Shown here piece by piece: positions 1 through 10,165 of a stretch of 64,000 nt of DNA (positions within the stretch are counted from its first letter, which is position 1; each line of letters starts with the position of its first letter). The notes under the pieces were generated by a model that saw nothing but the letters and a program-made list of their open reading frames with translations, searched no databases and was not told where the DNA came from. The DNA lies in the NCBI GenBank assembly GCA_965220385.1, contig OZ244825.1, forward strand, positions 777,142 through 841,141. Direction: 5' to 3'. Source of the DNA: Candidatus Poribacteria bacterium (GTDB taxonomy: Bacteria > Poribacteria > WGA-4E > PCPOR2b). The position numbers were made by a program, and so were the translations under genes.

Positions 1-768
1 CACCCACGCCTCAAACCTATGGGTCGTAGCGGACAGCACCAGATCCGCCTTGTCCAGCAGGGATTTGCGCCGCTCTGGAGAAAGTAGCATGTCCCATGCT
101 CCTGTCCGCGAATGCGCCGCCACTATGATGACGTCTCTGCTCCCTTTTTCGATTCCTTCAAGCGTGCCCATCATCCACACACGGCTGCTCTCTGGGAACG
201 CCACCGCATCATCCATAGGCTGATCTGAGAAGTGCATCTGGATCAGATGGACGGTGTAATCGCGGACCGGAATTTGCGCATAGTATTCTGAGCTGTTAGG
301 ACGGATAATGCTCGCGTGGGCTTCCAGCTTCACGAGATCGAGTATCGGCGCGCCTTCGCCGTAATCGGACTGTCTGTGGGTCGGGCTGTAGTATTCGTTC
401 TCACCGTCCGCGACGTTGGGGTAGAAGTGTTCACGCCACCAAGGCTCGGATTGCAGCCAAGGGATAAAGGTATTCTCGAAGCGATGTTTCACGTGGTCGC
501 CTAAACCTACCACAAAGGCGGGATTTCCCTCCTTCATCCAAGCGGTCATTCGAGCAAATTCCACACTACTGAGCGGCGAGTCCCCCTTGTGATCACTCAT
601 GAGGGCAAAGTGTAGATCTGCTATTCGGTCTAAATCCGCGATGGACGCAACGCCGGGTAGTCCATTCCCAACAGCCTCCTGTGGGTTAGCGCTCTCGGTA
701 TCTGTTATCTGTGAAGTCGCCCAAATCAGAAGGGTCAAGACAAGAAGCTGCCCCAGTCTGTCCTTCAT
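1..768 (-). CDS. Secreted metallophosphoesterase (calcineurin-like), 3' end runs off the window
   Basis: Not in the ORF track; translated by hand from ATG at 768 (upstream GAGG): MKDRLGQLLVLTLLIW... signal-like N-terminus, then FALMSDHKG, VGLGDHV, VADGENE, VAAHS and SATTHRF, matching the order of metallophosphoesterase motifs. Frame is open to position 1. Confidence 0.65.
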   Translation of the reverse strand, partial: MKDRLGQLLVLTLLIWATSQITDTESANPQEAVGNGLPGVASIADLDRIADLHFALMSDHKGDSPLSSVEFARMTAWMKEGNPAFVVGLGDHVKHRFENTFIPWLQSEPWWREHFYPNVADGENEYYSPTHRQSDYGEGAPILDLVKLEAHASIIRPNSSEYYAQIPVRDYTVHLIQMHFSDQPMDDAVAFPESSRVWMMGTLEGIEKGSRDVIIVAAHSRTGAWDMLLSPERRKSLLDKADLVLSATTHRFEAWV

Positions 769-786
769 CGTTGCTAATCCTCACTC

Positions 787-2046
787 TTACGCTTCCCAAA
801 TGGGCCAATCGGTTTCTTGGAGCCGCTTCCAGAGGCTATCGAATCGCTCACTTCCATCGTCCTCCCATTCGTCCAATCTGACACCGGGCGCGAAAGATTC
901 GTCTACCCCCTGCTTCATCAATCGTTCCGCCTGTTGTAGGCTTTGGTAATAGTGTTTCAAGCCGCCGGGGAGTGTGACGACGGAGATATGTCGAAGCCAC
1001 TCCGGCGCGGGCGTCTCGGAATAACGGCTGACAGCATTTTCATCCAATTCTACCCCCAACCCCGGTCCCTCTGGAACTCTCATAAATCCCCGCTGAACCG
1101 TATGCCCGTCCACAATCAGGTCATCTTCGTAGGTGTGGCTTGCCGTTACGCCCGGCAGCGTCGCTGTCGGCATCACCGCTCCCAAATGACAGGCGAACGC
1201 TGCGGTTATACCCGTCCCGACGTACTGTAACAGGATTGGGGTGTTCGCAGCGGCAAACGCCCAACTTGCTGCCAACGCACCCTTAATCGTTTCATGGCTG
1301 CACAGCGCACCATCGAAATCGCCTGCGCGAAGACCGACCCAAGGACCTGAGGGTTGACGCGATGCGCCCTCTTGGACAACACCGACACCGTGTAGGTAGA
1401 ACGGGATGCGGATCTCTTGATGCAGCCGCCGCCACCCTTCAACATCGTATGCGAAGATTGGCTCTTCAACACCCTTCACGATCGGAATCTTCTCCAGCTC
1501 TCGAAGGATGGGTAAGGCTTTCTCTACGTTGGTCAAGGCGCCGTTAAAATCAAACTCGACACGAAAGTCCGGCGGTGCAACCTCCTGCATTGCCTGCGAC
1601 TGTTCGACGATATCATAAAATGCTCTGGCTTTGCATTTGAGTCCACGATATCCGCGTTCAGCCGCGACCTGCACTTCAGCGGCGCTGTCTTCGGGCGACA
1701 TTGAGGGCATCCACCAACCCATCGACACCCACTGACGTACCTGCTGCCCCATCAACTTCCATGCCGGCAAGCCCAGATGTTTGCCCATCAGGTCATAGCA
1801 CGCCATGTCGAGGTTGAACCGCCCCTTCCCCATGACATGGTCGAACGGATTCGTGCCGATGTATGCGTCCAAGAGTTCCTGCTCGAAAACGGGACCGGGA
1901 TTCTCTCCCAGTCCAATCAAGCCGGTATCCGTATGGAATTTATAGACCGTTACCTGTTCGTTCAGTCCAAAATGGTAATATTGCTTGCGAATGCGTTCTT
2001 CGTAGGGGACCCGCAGGAGGATCGGTTCAATCGCGGTGATTTTCAT
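787..2046 (-). CDS. Mandelate racemase/muconate lactonizing enzyme (enolase superfamily)
   Basis: MKITAIEP start with AAAGGA RBS; DMACYDLMGKHLGLPAWKLMG, GLKCK, DFNG, EEP and VPEGPGLGVELD motifs. Confidence 0.85.
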   Translation of the reverse strand: MKITAIEPILLRVPYEERIRKQYYHFGLNEQVTVYKFHTDTGLIGLGENPGPVFEQELLDAYIGTNPFDHVMGKGRFNLDMACYDLMGKHLGLPAWKLMGQQVRQWVSMGWWMPSMSPEDSAAEVQVAAERGYRGLKCKARAFYDIVEQSQAMQEVAPPDFRVEFDFNGALTNVEKALPILRELEKIPIVKGVEEPIFAYDVEGWRRLHQEIRIPFYLHGVGVVQEGASRQPSGPWVGLRAGDFDGALCSHETIKGALAASWAFAAANTPILLQYVGTGITAAFACHLGAVMPTATLPGVTASHTYEDDLIVDGHTVQRGFMRVPEGPGLGVELDENAVSRYSETPAPEWLRHISVVTLPGGLKHYYQSLQQAERLMKQGVDESFAPGVRLDEWEDDGSERFDSLWKRLQETDWPIWEA

Positions 2047-2269
2047 AGGAGGTGTCCTTTCGTGGTGGGTTATCAACTCGCTCATGATAGCACAGATCTT
2101 GCTCTCAGACAATAGAAAGCGATAGGAATAACAAGCAGTACGTAGTGCGTAAGCAAGACATTTCTACGATATGACAGCGGTTGCGTAGATAATTCCTTAC
2201 GTATTACGTGTTACCCTTCCGAATATCGAGATAATCTATTTGAGGCACACGCGAGAAGGATATTGCAGC

Positions 2270-3019
2270 CTACCCAAACTGTTCTATCAAGAGTTGCGTA
2301 ATGGGATTGGGACGGCTGTAATAGTTCTGTGTGGCGTCGTCTTTACCTTCCCACAAACGGCGCGGAAAAATCGTGTGATTGCTGAGATATCGGTCTGTGG
2401 TACGACCACAGTAAATGTGAACGGTACGGCGTTCAGAGGTGGTCTGTCGGACATTCCCGGCGTGGAAGGTTGACGCGTTGAAGAGGATCGCTGTGCCGGC
2501 GGGACCGACGAGGTGCTGTGCCGCGCTGAGGTCATAAGCCTCAAGCGGGAATAATTCTGTGGATTGCGCGGTGCCGGGCAGGACGCTAAAGGTGTGCGTT
2601 GTGTCGTCTACATCCGTCAGATAAAATACCACCGATAGATAGCGCGTATAATATGGAAGTTCGGCATCCGCCCTATTCTCACGATTCGCATCGCGGTGCC
2701 AGCGGCATTCGGTATCGCCATCGGGGTTCGGCGCACGGAGCATCACCGAGTGCTCCTCTGCACAGATATCTTCTCCCATGATAGCGTTCATCAACGGCAG
2801 CAACGTCGGTGGGCGCATGGTCACGTCCATCTCCGGGCAGGCGAGTAGGGCGTGGACGTTCTGGCAACGTCCGCTCTGTCCACGGTCTATCCACATCACC
2901 GGATTCTCGACGAGGTCCCGATCTATCGCCTCATTGATAGATTGAACCTCCTCAATAGAAAGGGCATTGGGTACGACAAGATAACCGTTTTCCTTGAAAA
3001 ATTTTAACTGTTCTTTCAT
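2270..3019 (-). CDS. Phytanoyl-CoA dioxygenase (PhyH) family Fe/2OG dioxygenase
   Basis: FFKENGYLVV start, WHRD, YLTDV...VLPGT and FHAG..N...ERR motifs. Confidence 0.85.
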   Translation of the reverse strand: MKEQLKFFKENGYLVVPNALSIEEVQSINEAIDRDLVENPVMWIDRGQSGRCQNVHALLACPEMDVTMRPPTLLPLMNAIMGEDICAEEHSVMLRAPNPDGDTECRWHRDANRENRADAELPYYTRYLSVVFYLTDVDDTTHTFSVLPGTAQSTELFPLEAYDLSAAQHLVGPAGTAILFNASTFHAGNVRQTTSERRTVHIYCGRTTDRYLSNHTIFPRRLWEGKDDATQNYYSRPNPITQLLIEQFG

Positions 3020-3265
3020 TAGGTCTTTCCTCGCAATGTGTTAGGGGAGGCTAATTATATTGAGAATTATAGGAACGAGAAGGTGGATAGTCAAGCATAA
3101 AGGTCGAAATTCAGATTCTTGTTTTTGGATAGATGTGCTATAATTGAAACATAAATCTTTGCATCGTCAGGTCAAATTTTCTTGGTGAGACTTGGCCGGG
3201 ATTGCGTGATACTATGCTTGATGTATCTTAAGTTCTATTTGCCAAAATCGAAATCGGGGGATAGC

Positions 3266-4108
3266 ATGAATATCGTAGAACTCCTCAAACTCAGAGGATT
3301 GGATACGAAGAAATCAACTAAGATGATAAGACACACAGACCACGGCGATTATCTTATTAGTGAGATGACCAAAAAGGAATTAGAGATCTATCAACGATGC
3401 CAAGATAAAGGAGCTTTTAAGGGCCTGGATTATGTTGTTTCTTTTCGTGGACTTGAGCGGACGAAAGCAAAGTTCATCGGTGTGTATAAAGTCACAGATG
3501 AAAAACCGTTAACGCCTAGATTTTGCCCCAAGAACTATCGTTTTCGTAAAATCTTTGAAGGAGGTGGTTCTTTCTACGAATTGGAGAAAGTTTCTGGTTT
3601 TGAGGACTTGGAGGGCCGGGTTATTATCGAATGGGGGCAAGGAATGCAATGGGCTCAATGGCTTAGTAATGAGAAAGAGGTGTTTGAGATTCGACCTCCC
3701 GGTGCTGCCCAACCCTTTCCGGACTATCTGGACTTAATTCTGGAGTTTGATAGAATGCGCAAAATGGTTGATAACCCGGATTCTTGGCGAGAGTGGCACA
3801 CCATGTTATCAGTGGTTGCAGGGGTGTATCTGATAGTCGACACGAAAACAGGTAAACCATATGTTGGTTTAGCGCTTGGGGAAGATGGCATCATAGGCAG
3901 ATGGGCGCAATACGCTAAAAACGGTCATGGAGACAATGAAGGACTTAAGAAGCTATTGTGCAATCATGGCAGTACCTATGCTAATAACTTTTCTTTTAGT
4001 ATACTCGAGACACTTCCTAAAAACTGGACTGATCAGAAAATGAGAGAACGTGAAAAGGTATGGAAAGATAAACTGCGTTCAAGAGAATTTGGACTAAACC
4101 TGAATTGA
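3266..4108 (+). CDS. GIY-YIG nuclease family protein
   Basis: C-terminal GVYLIVDTKTGKPYVG...GIIGRW..Y...GHG.N...FSFSILE...RE..WK..L.SR..GLN.N; visibly AT-richer than its neighbours; likely start ATG 3266. Confidence 0.8.
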   Translation: MNIVELLKLRGLDTKKSTKMIRHTDHGDYLISEMTKKELEIYQRCQDKGAFKGLDYVVSFRGLERTKAKFIGVYKVTDEKPLTPRFCPKNYRFRKIFEGGGSFYELEKVSGFEDLEGRVIIEWGQGMQWAQWLSNEKEVFEIRPPGAAQPFPDYLDLILEFDRMRKMVDNPDSWREWHTMLSVVAGVYLIVDTKTGKPYVGLALGEDGIIGRWAQYAKNGHGDNEGLKKLLCNHGSTYANNFSFSILETLPKNWTDQKMREREKVWKDKLRSREFGLNLN

Positions 4109-4153
4109 TAACAACCTGTAAAATCACGCAAAAACCAATAGGAAAAAGATAAA

Positions 4154-4375
4154 ATGGCTAAATATTTCGCATCTGCTATAGACAAACCGGGGCTTAAACC
4201 TTACGAAATCGCACAATCTTCTGTAGGTCGATTTTCCAAAATCGACGTTTCTGGGTCGAGGTATGTATCTCAATCTATGCCGTTCCGAGGACTCCGACGA
4301 ATCGTTCCGAGGGTCGACATATGCGAGGCGAAAACTCTCGGGACCGAGTACATAAATCGAACCCTTTTCAAATAA
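4154..4375 (+). pseudogene. Duplicated 5' end (19 codons) of the downstream hypothetical gene, read into unrelated sequence
   Basis: 4154-4210 is identical to 4522-4578 (57 bp, MAKYFASAIDKPGLKPYEI). Confidence 0.6.
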
Positions 4376-4521
4376 ATGTCAACATGCCCTAAGCATATTA
4401 CTTGGAATCCTATTCGCAGCCGCAGGACAGTGTAGTCGGTATATGGAATACGTGAAGCGTGAATCTTCAAAAAGCGTGAATCTTCAAATCAACCAATGAA
4501 CTAATGGACTCATACACTAAT

Positions 4522-4836
4522 ATGGCTAAATATTTCGCATCTGCTATAGACAAACCGGGGCTTAAACCTTACGAAATCTCACGGACGCTGCGCGGGCAGC
4601 TTCACTACTTCACCGAAGGTGCCAGCGCCCACCAATGGGAACATAGCGGCGATCCAAATGCGTTTTTCTTTCCGCTCGACCTGACCACCGAACTGTTTGA
4701 CGAAGGCGTGTTCTACGTGACCTCCCCGTTGGACGATCAGAACCAAGCCGAAATTGAGATCACGGAAGAACAGGAAGACTTTTTGGAATGGCTCATCTCG
4801 AATGAAGTTGAGCAGGTAAAGGTTTCGGAAGTGTAA
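4522..4836 (+). CDS. Small acidic hypothetical protein
   Basis: 104-aa ORF with plausible composition; no family recognised. Confidence 0.65.
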   Translation: MAKYFASAIDKPGLKPYEISRTLRGQLHYFTEGASAHQWEHSGDPNAFFFPLDLTTELFDEGVFYVTSPLDDQNQAEIEITEEQEDFLEWLISNEVEQVKVSEV

Positions 4837-4868
4837 CGTGATGCGTAAATTGGTTCATTAATGAGCAA

Positions 4869-5723
4869 ATGAACCAAGGACAGGAGTTTCAGATGACCGT
4901 CACCCCAAACAGTATTAATCAGATGCAAGTAGTCCCTACCGGCGGCTCCCTTGGGGCGGAAATCCAGGGGCTAAACCTTGTGCATCCCTTGCCCGAAGAC
5001 ACGGTTCAGGGGCTACACCACGCGCTGCTATCGCACGCTGTCCTACTCTTTCGTGGACAGCAGATTAGCGACGAGGACCAAGTACGGTTCACCAACTACT
5101 TCGGTCAGGCGGTCGAGCATGTCCGCAAGCAGATGCCGCGCCCAGTCAAAGAGATCTTCTTCGTCTCCAATGTCGAAAAGGACGGTCAACCCATAGGCGC
5201 ACTCGGCAACGACGAGATCCCCTTCCACTCCGATCTATCATATCTGCGGAAACCCGGAACGCTCTCCATAATCTACGCGGTCGAACTTCCTTCCACCGGC
5301 GGTGCCACGCAGTGGTGCAACTGCTACGCTGCCTATGAGGCACTTGATCCCGACCTCAAGGCACGGCTCAAAGGGATGCGCGCTGTCCATCGCCATCACG
5401 TCGAAAGCCAGAACCCCCCAGAACTGATTGACCATCCGGTTGTTTGTACCCACCCCGAAACCGGGCGCAAAGCGCTCTACGTCGGTCCCCACCTGACTCG
5501 ACATATCGTCGGCGTTAGCGAATCGGAGAGCCGTGCGCTGCTTGGAACACTCTTCGATCATATGTCGCAGGAACGGTTTGTCTGGACGCACGATTGGAAA
5601 ATTGGTGACCTGATTATATGGGACAACCGCTGTACCATGCATCGGCGAGCAGGGTTCCCACCGGATGAGCGACGAATAATGAAACGGACACAGATTTTCA
5701 ACGACGCAATCCCGTATGAGTAA
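4869..5723 (+). CDS. TauD/TfdA family alpha-ketoglutarate-dependent dioxygenase
   Basis: LGAEI.G, FHSDLSY, GGATQW, HPVVCTHPETGRKALY and WDNRCTMHRR motifs. Confidence 0.92.
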   Translation: MNQGQEFQMTVTPNSINQMQVVPTGGSLGAEIQGLNLVHPLPEDTVQGLHHALLSHAVLLFRGQQISDEDQVRFTNYFGQAVEHVRKQMPRPVKEIFFVSNVEKDGQPIGALGNDEIPFHSDLSYLRKPGTLSIIYAVELPSTGGATQWCNCYAAYEALDPDLKARLKGMRAVHRHHVESQNPPELIDHPVVCTHPETGRKALYVGPHLTRHIVGVSESESRALLGTLFDHMSQERFVWTHDWKIGDLIIWDNRCTMHRRAGFPPDERRIMKRTQIFNDAIPYE

Positions 5724-5802
5724 GAATGAAACGTGATGCGTGAAACGTGAAGATCGGAAGATGACCCGTCCTAAAGTCGTAAACACATTCCGCTTCGCAA
5801 AT

Positions 5803-5937
5803 TAAGTGGGTCGTCGTATCGTGAACAAAGCTATGACCCGGTAGGTGCGGTTTCTAACCGCACCGAATCCCGACGAGTCGGAACAGGACATGAGGAGCAA
5901 AAGTGTCTATAAGTGGGTCGTCGTATCGTAAACAAAG
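5803..5937. repeat. 28-bp direct repeat flanking a REP-like hairpin
   Basis: TAAGTGGGTCGTCGTATCGT(G/A)AACAAAG at 5803-5830 and 5910-5937; GTAGGTGCGGTTTCTAACCGCACC at 5841-5864, with a near copy at 9096-9119. Confidence 0.8.
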
Positions 5938-5951
5938 GTAAGGAAGAGACA

Positions 5952-7688
5952 GTGAAAAACACTCGATTTCTGCTCTCTGCTCTGGTTGATTTTCCGGATG
6001 ACTGCAATCGTTTGGTCTTTACACCCGGCCTGGTAGAAAACCTGATAGATCGCCTCCACTGGATGGGCGTCCGTCGGGTGTACTGGAACTATTACCAAAA
6101 AGGGATGTGGGACAATTTCGCCGACAACTCGGACGCGACTCGCCAGACCCTTGCGAATTTGGGAGAACCCCTAACTGTTGGCTGCCGTCTGGCGCATGAG
6201 CGAGGGATGGAATTCTACGCCACCATCAAGCCCTACGAAACCGGCGCAAGTCACGCCAATCCCAAAGATAGCCCTGAGATGATGGCTGTGCCCGGCTTGC
6301 CATGTATCGGTGGGGTCTGCAAGGTTGATCCGTGGGTCATGGCGCATCCGGAGATGCGGGTGCGAGGACGCAGCGCGGACGTACCCATGGGACTGGAGAA
6401 CGTCCCAATTGAGCGCATCCAACTCCGCCAAAAAGACATGGCGCCCGTCCGTATCGCACCAGAAAACATCGAAATCTGGACGAGTGACGATAATAACGGC
6501 TACCGAAAGCAGGACCTGACCTTTGCGGTGACCGAATCTGTTGAAACCTGTCCACGGGATGTCTTTGAGCTTGACGGCGACCCAGTCACGTCCCAAGGGG
6601 AATCGGTGCGAGCCCTCAACCTGAGTGGACTGAATCTGCTCGATCCGTTTATTGCGATCACCACCAATTTTGAGGACAGAGATGGCAGCTTCCGCAATAC
6701 CGCGATGGAGATGGTGCGGGCATTTGGTCCCAGCGGTCAGCCGATACCGATTGTCGTCGCCAGTCACAAGGCGGTTTGGAGACCCGTACGAGACTTCCGC
6801 ACAGGTGACCTTGAGTACGATGCAGGACTCGGCGATGCCATCGTTTGTCTTGATGTTAACAACCAACCTGTAGTCCCATCAGATACGTCCGCGAGTGACT
6901 CCAACGACGGGGTGATTGCGGTCGCGAGGGGACGAAACGAGTATTTCTCCGGTTCGCTCTGTGAAGCGTATCCGGAGGTACAATCGTACTGGTTGGGTTG
7001 GGTCGGCGAGTGCATTGCGGCGGGTGTTGACGGATTGGACGTTCGCATCTCCTGCCATAGTAGCTGGACAAATACGCCGGAGATCTACGGTTTCAATGAA
7101 CCTGTGACGGGGGAGTACCAGCGGCGATACGGTATCAATCCGGACGTGGAACCGTACGACCCAGCGTTGGTCGGGGCATTGCGCGGCGAATTCTTCGATC
7201 AGTTCCTGCGCGCAACAAAGCGGCGCCTGTCCGCAGCCGGTAAACGGATGCAGGTTCATGCGGAGATGGAATCGTTCCGGTCCGACGCCTGTCAGGGGCG
7301 CTGGCGCACCCGTCCCGGCAACATCACGTTTAACTGGCGAAGTTGGCTACATACCGGGCTAGCGGACGAAGCCACACTATTTGGACGTGGTTGGATGCCC
7401 GACCAAATGCTCAACGACGCACTCACGTTGGAGATGCTGCGGGAAGCTGCTGATACCGATGTGCCCGTGCATTTGAGCAAAGCGGTCGGACATAGCCGCG
7501 ACGGACGGGTACACGCTGATCTGTTGGAGTATATCTACCGTTTCGGTGGACTCACCGGATACACGCTCTATGAGACCGCGGCGATGTATGATGGGCAGCA
7601 GCTTGGGGCTGACGGTCAGCTACAGTTCCACCCGGGGCTGTGCGAGGGGATACGTGACCGTGTTAGAACTTTGGGGCTCATAGATTAA
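5952..7688 (+). CDS. Hypothetical protein, probable glycoside-hydrolase-like TIM barrel with an inserted domain
   Basis: GVRRVYW, AHERGMEFYA, AYPEVQSYWL, GVDGLDVR and YGFNEP resemble GH10-like TIM-barrel proteins; GTG start after AAGGAAG. Confidence 0.5.
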   Translation: MKNTRFLLSALVDFPDDCNRLVFTPGLVENLIDRLHWMGVRRVYWNYYQKGMWDNFADNSDATRQTLANLGEPLTVGCRLAHERGMEFYATIKPYETGASHANPKDSPEMMAVPGLPCIGGVCKVDPWVMAHPEMRVRGRSADVPMGLENVPIERIQLRQKDMAPVRIAPENIEIWTSDDNNGYRKQDLTFAVTESVETCPRDVFELDGDPVTSQGESVRALNLSGLNLLDPFIAITTNFEDRDGSFRNTAMEMVRAFGPSGQPIPIVVASHKAVWRPVRDFRTGDLEYDAGLGDAIVCLDVNNQPVVPSDTSASDSNDGVIAVARGRNEYFSGSLCEAYPEVQSYWLGWVGECIAAGVDGLDVRISCHSSWTNTPEIYGFNEPVTGEYQRRYGINPDVEPYDPALVGALRGEFFDQFLRATKRRLSAAGKRMQVHAEMESFRSDACQGRWRTRPGNITFNWRSWLHTGLADEATLFGRGWMPDQMLNDALTLEMLREAADTDVPVHLSKAVGHSRDGRVHADLLEYIYRFGGLTGYTLYETAAMYDGQQLGADGQLQFHPGLCEGIRDRVRTLGLID

Positions 7689-7764
7689 GAAAGTCCTGAC
7701 CGTTCAGGCGCACTGATCGTATTGTCCTGAACAGCTAGAAGAAACTAATATAAATGGAGTGTAA

Positions 7765-8847
7765 ATGATGACCGATCAGAAATCAGCGGACTACCGTGCG
7801 GCGATTATCGGCTGCGGGAGTATCGCTAACAGCCACGCCTCCGGCTATAATCGGACCGAGGCGACCGCGCTGGTCGCGTGTGCAGACACGGTAGAAGCGA
7901 AAGCAGCAGGTTTCGCCGAGCGAAACGCTATTCCTAACTACTACGCCGATTACCGAGCAATGCTTGACGTTGAGAAACCTGACATCGTGAGCGTCTGCAC
8001 GTGGCACCCCCTTCACGCAGAGATGACAATCGCTGCCGCGGCACGGCAGCCGAAGGCTATCCTCTGCGAGAAGCCGATGGCGACCAACCTGGGCGAGGCT
8101 GAAGCGATGATGATTGCCTGCCAGCGGAATCAGGTTAAATTGGTGATCGGTTTCCAGCGTCGATTTCTTGGGGCATGGACGGAAGCGAAAAATCTGATTG
8201 CATCCGGCGCAGTTGGCAAACCGGAACGGATATCACATACCCGTCTGACCGGGCTGCTCAATGCGAGTAGCCACGGGTTTGACTGTATGCGTTATATTCT
8301 GGGCGATCCCAAGGTGGAATGGGTCTTTGGTCAGGTGGAGCGGAAGACCGATCGGTACGAACGCAGTGTGCGTAGCGAGGATTGCGTGGCGGGATTCTTC
8401 CTATTTGAGGGCGGTGTGCAGGCGAGTTTCCAGACAGACGTTGTCCCCGAAAACAAATGGGCGTTTGTGCAGGGGACGGATGGGCTGATCGATTTCGACG
8501 ATGGTTGGATCCGCTACTTCAACGCTGAGACGGCTGGTTGGAAGGACGTAGAGGTTGAGGAAGTGGATGCGGCTGCTGCTCAGGTGGGGGAGTTGGTTGA
8601 GTGGATCGAAGATCGCTGCGTCCATCGCAACGAAGCGGAAAATGGTTTGTGGACGATGCACATGATGATGGGTGCCTACGAATCTGCCCGCTGCCACGAG
8701 GTGGTCCGTTTACCGATGCAAACCCGAGCGAACCCGCTCGATCTGATGGTGGAATCTGGACAGTTGCCGGTGCAATACCCCGGACGCTACGATATTCGCA
8801 GTTTCTTACTTGAGGGCGAAGCGATGAATCTGGAAGAGACTGAGTGA
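7765..8847 (+). CDS. Gfo/Idh/MocA family oxidoreductase
   Basis: AAIIGCGSIA, DIVSVCT, CEKPMA and GFQRRF motifs. Confidence 0.92.
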   Translation: MMTDQKSADYRAAIIGCGSIANSHASGYNRTEATALVACADTVEAKAAGFAERNAIPNYYADYRAMLDVEKPDIVSVCTWHPLHAEMTIAAAARQPKAILCEKPMATNLGEAEAMMIACQRNQVKLVIGFQRRFLGAWTEAKNLIASGAVGKPERISHTRLTGLLNASSHGFDCMRYILGDPKVEWVFGQVERKTDRYERSVRSEDCVAGFFLFEGGVQASFQTDVVPENKWAFVQGTDGLIDFDDGWIRYFNAETAGWKDVEVEEVDAAAAQVGELVEWIEDRCVHRNEAENGLWTMHMMMGAYESARCHEVVRLPMQTRANPLDLMVESGQLPVQYPGRYDIRSFLLEGEAMNLEETE

Positions 8848-8958
8848 CGAGGGAGCGGGAAAGTCCTTTGTTCATTATTCGCAGTTTCTTACTTGAGGGC
8901 GAAGCGATGAATCTGGAAGAGACTGAGTGACGAGGGAGCGGGAAAGTCCTTTGTTCAT
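8793..8958. repeat. Perfect 83-bp tandem duplication covering the 3' end of the oxidoreductase gene
   Basis: 8793-8875 is identical to 8876-8958. Confidence 0.9.
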
Positions 8959-8974
8959 TGGTGCATTAATGAGC

Positions 8975-9155
8975 TATAGTGAATTCTAAAAATAAATAGA
9001 CACCTTCGCTCCTCGGTTTCGATCCCGCCTGCCTGCTCTCGGCTTGTCGGAGTCCCCATGTATCGGGGATCCTATCGGGGGATTTATCGGAACCGGTAGA
9101 TGCGGTTTCCAACCGCACCGGTTTGGAATGTCTCATTAATTCTACGGTCCACTAT
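8975..9155. mobile_element. Putative MITE carrying nested palindromic repeats
   Basis: Imperfect terminal inverted repeats TATAGTG...CACTATA; contains the ATCCCGCCTGCCTGCTCTCGGCTTGTCGGAGTCCC block also seen at ~53,914 and a REP hairpin. Confidence 0.45.
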
Positions 9156-9281
9156 AAATCGGTTTCTGTTGCACAATTTTTTAGCATGGCGATTCTTTTT
9201 TATTTGTGTAGGTTAGTGTGGATTGACGGGGGAATGAAACGGGGAACGTGACGCGTGAGATAGACTAAAGAGGGGTGTTTT

Positions 9282-10160
9282 ATGCACATTATGCGGTCTT
9301 GGATGTTTGTACCGGGACATCAGCAAAGGATGATTGATAAAGCCTACGAACTAAAACTGGATGTAGCGATGTTCGATCTGGAGGACGGGGTGCCGCCCGG
9401 CGAAAAGAATACCGCCCGCGCCATGATGGCGGAAACCCTTGCCCGTCCGTCTGATAGAATGCTCCGTTTTGTGCGTATCCACCCCATCGGAAGCAAGGAG
9501 ATAGAGTCGGATCTATCTGCCGTAATTCGTCCCGGTCTGGACGGACTCACGTTGACGAAGGTGAATTGCCCCGATGGTGTGTCCCAAGTCAGCGCGATTC
9601 TGGATGAGCGAGAGGAGATAGCTGGACTCCAACCGGGGAGTGTTCGTTTGCTCGCCACGATTGAGAGTGCTCGCGGGTTGATTCAGGCACCCGCGATCGC
9701 AGCATCCAGCCCCAGACTTGTCGGGCTGATGTTCGGTGCCGAAGATTTCGCGATGGATCTGGGGCTGTTCAACGTCCGCCAAGGCGAAGCGGGAGATTTC
9801 CTGTACGCCCGCTCTGCACTCGTCGTCGCTGCCGCCAGCGAACGGTTACAAGCGATAGATCGGGTCTATCTCGACATTCGGAATCCCGACGGATTGGAAA
9901 AAGACACACGGTTTGCCCGTGACCTCGGGTTCACCGGCAAAGCCTTAATTCACCCCGCCCAGATTGAGGTCGTAGAAAAAGTTTTCCATCCAACCGATGC
10001 GGAGGTTGAGTATGCTCGACGTGTGGTGGAAGCCTTTGAGGCGGCGGAAGCGGAAGGCGCCGGTGCGGTTGCTGTCGACGGTCAGATGGTCGATCTGCCT
10101 GTGGTGGAGCGTGCCCGGCGTGCCCTGCAGCTTGTATCTGAAAATCCCTCGGATAAATGA
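9282..10160 (+). CDS. CitE/HpcH family CoA-ester lyase (citryl-, malyl- or citramalyl-CoA lyase-like)
   Basis: RSWMFVPG, FDLEDGV, IESARG, FGAEDF, GFTGKALIHPAQI and DGQMVDLPV motifs. Confidence 0.9.
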   Translation: MHIMRSWMFVPGHQQRMIDKAYELKLDVAMFDLEDGVPPGEKNTARAMMAETLARPSDRMLRFVRIHPIGSKEIESDLSAVIRPGLDGLTLTKVNCPDGVSQVSAILDEREEIAGLQPGSVRLLATIESARGLIQAPAIAASSPRLVGLMFGAEDFAMDLGLFNVRQGEAGDFLYARSALVVAAASERLQAIDRVYLDIRNPDGLEKDTRFARDLGFTGKALIHPAQIEVVEKVFHPTDAEVEYARRVVEAFEAAEAEGAGAVAVDGQMVDLPVVERARRALQLVSENPSDK

Positions 10161-10165
10161 TTGTC

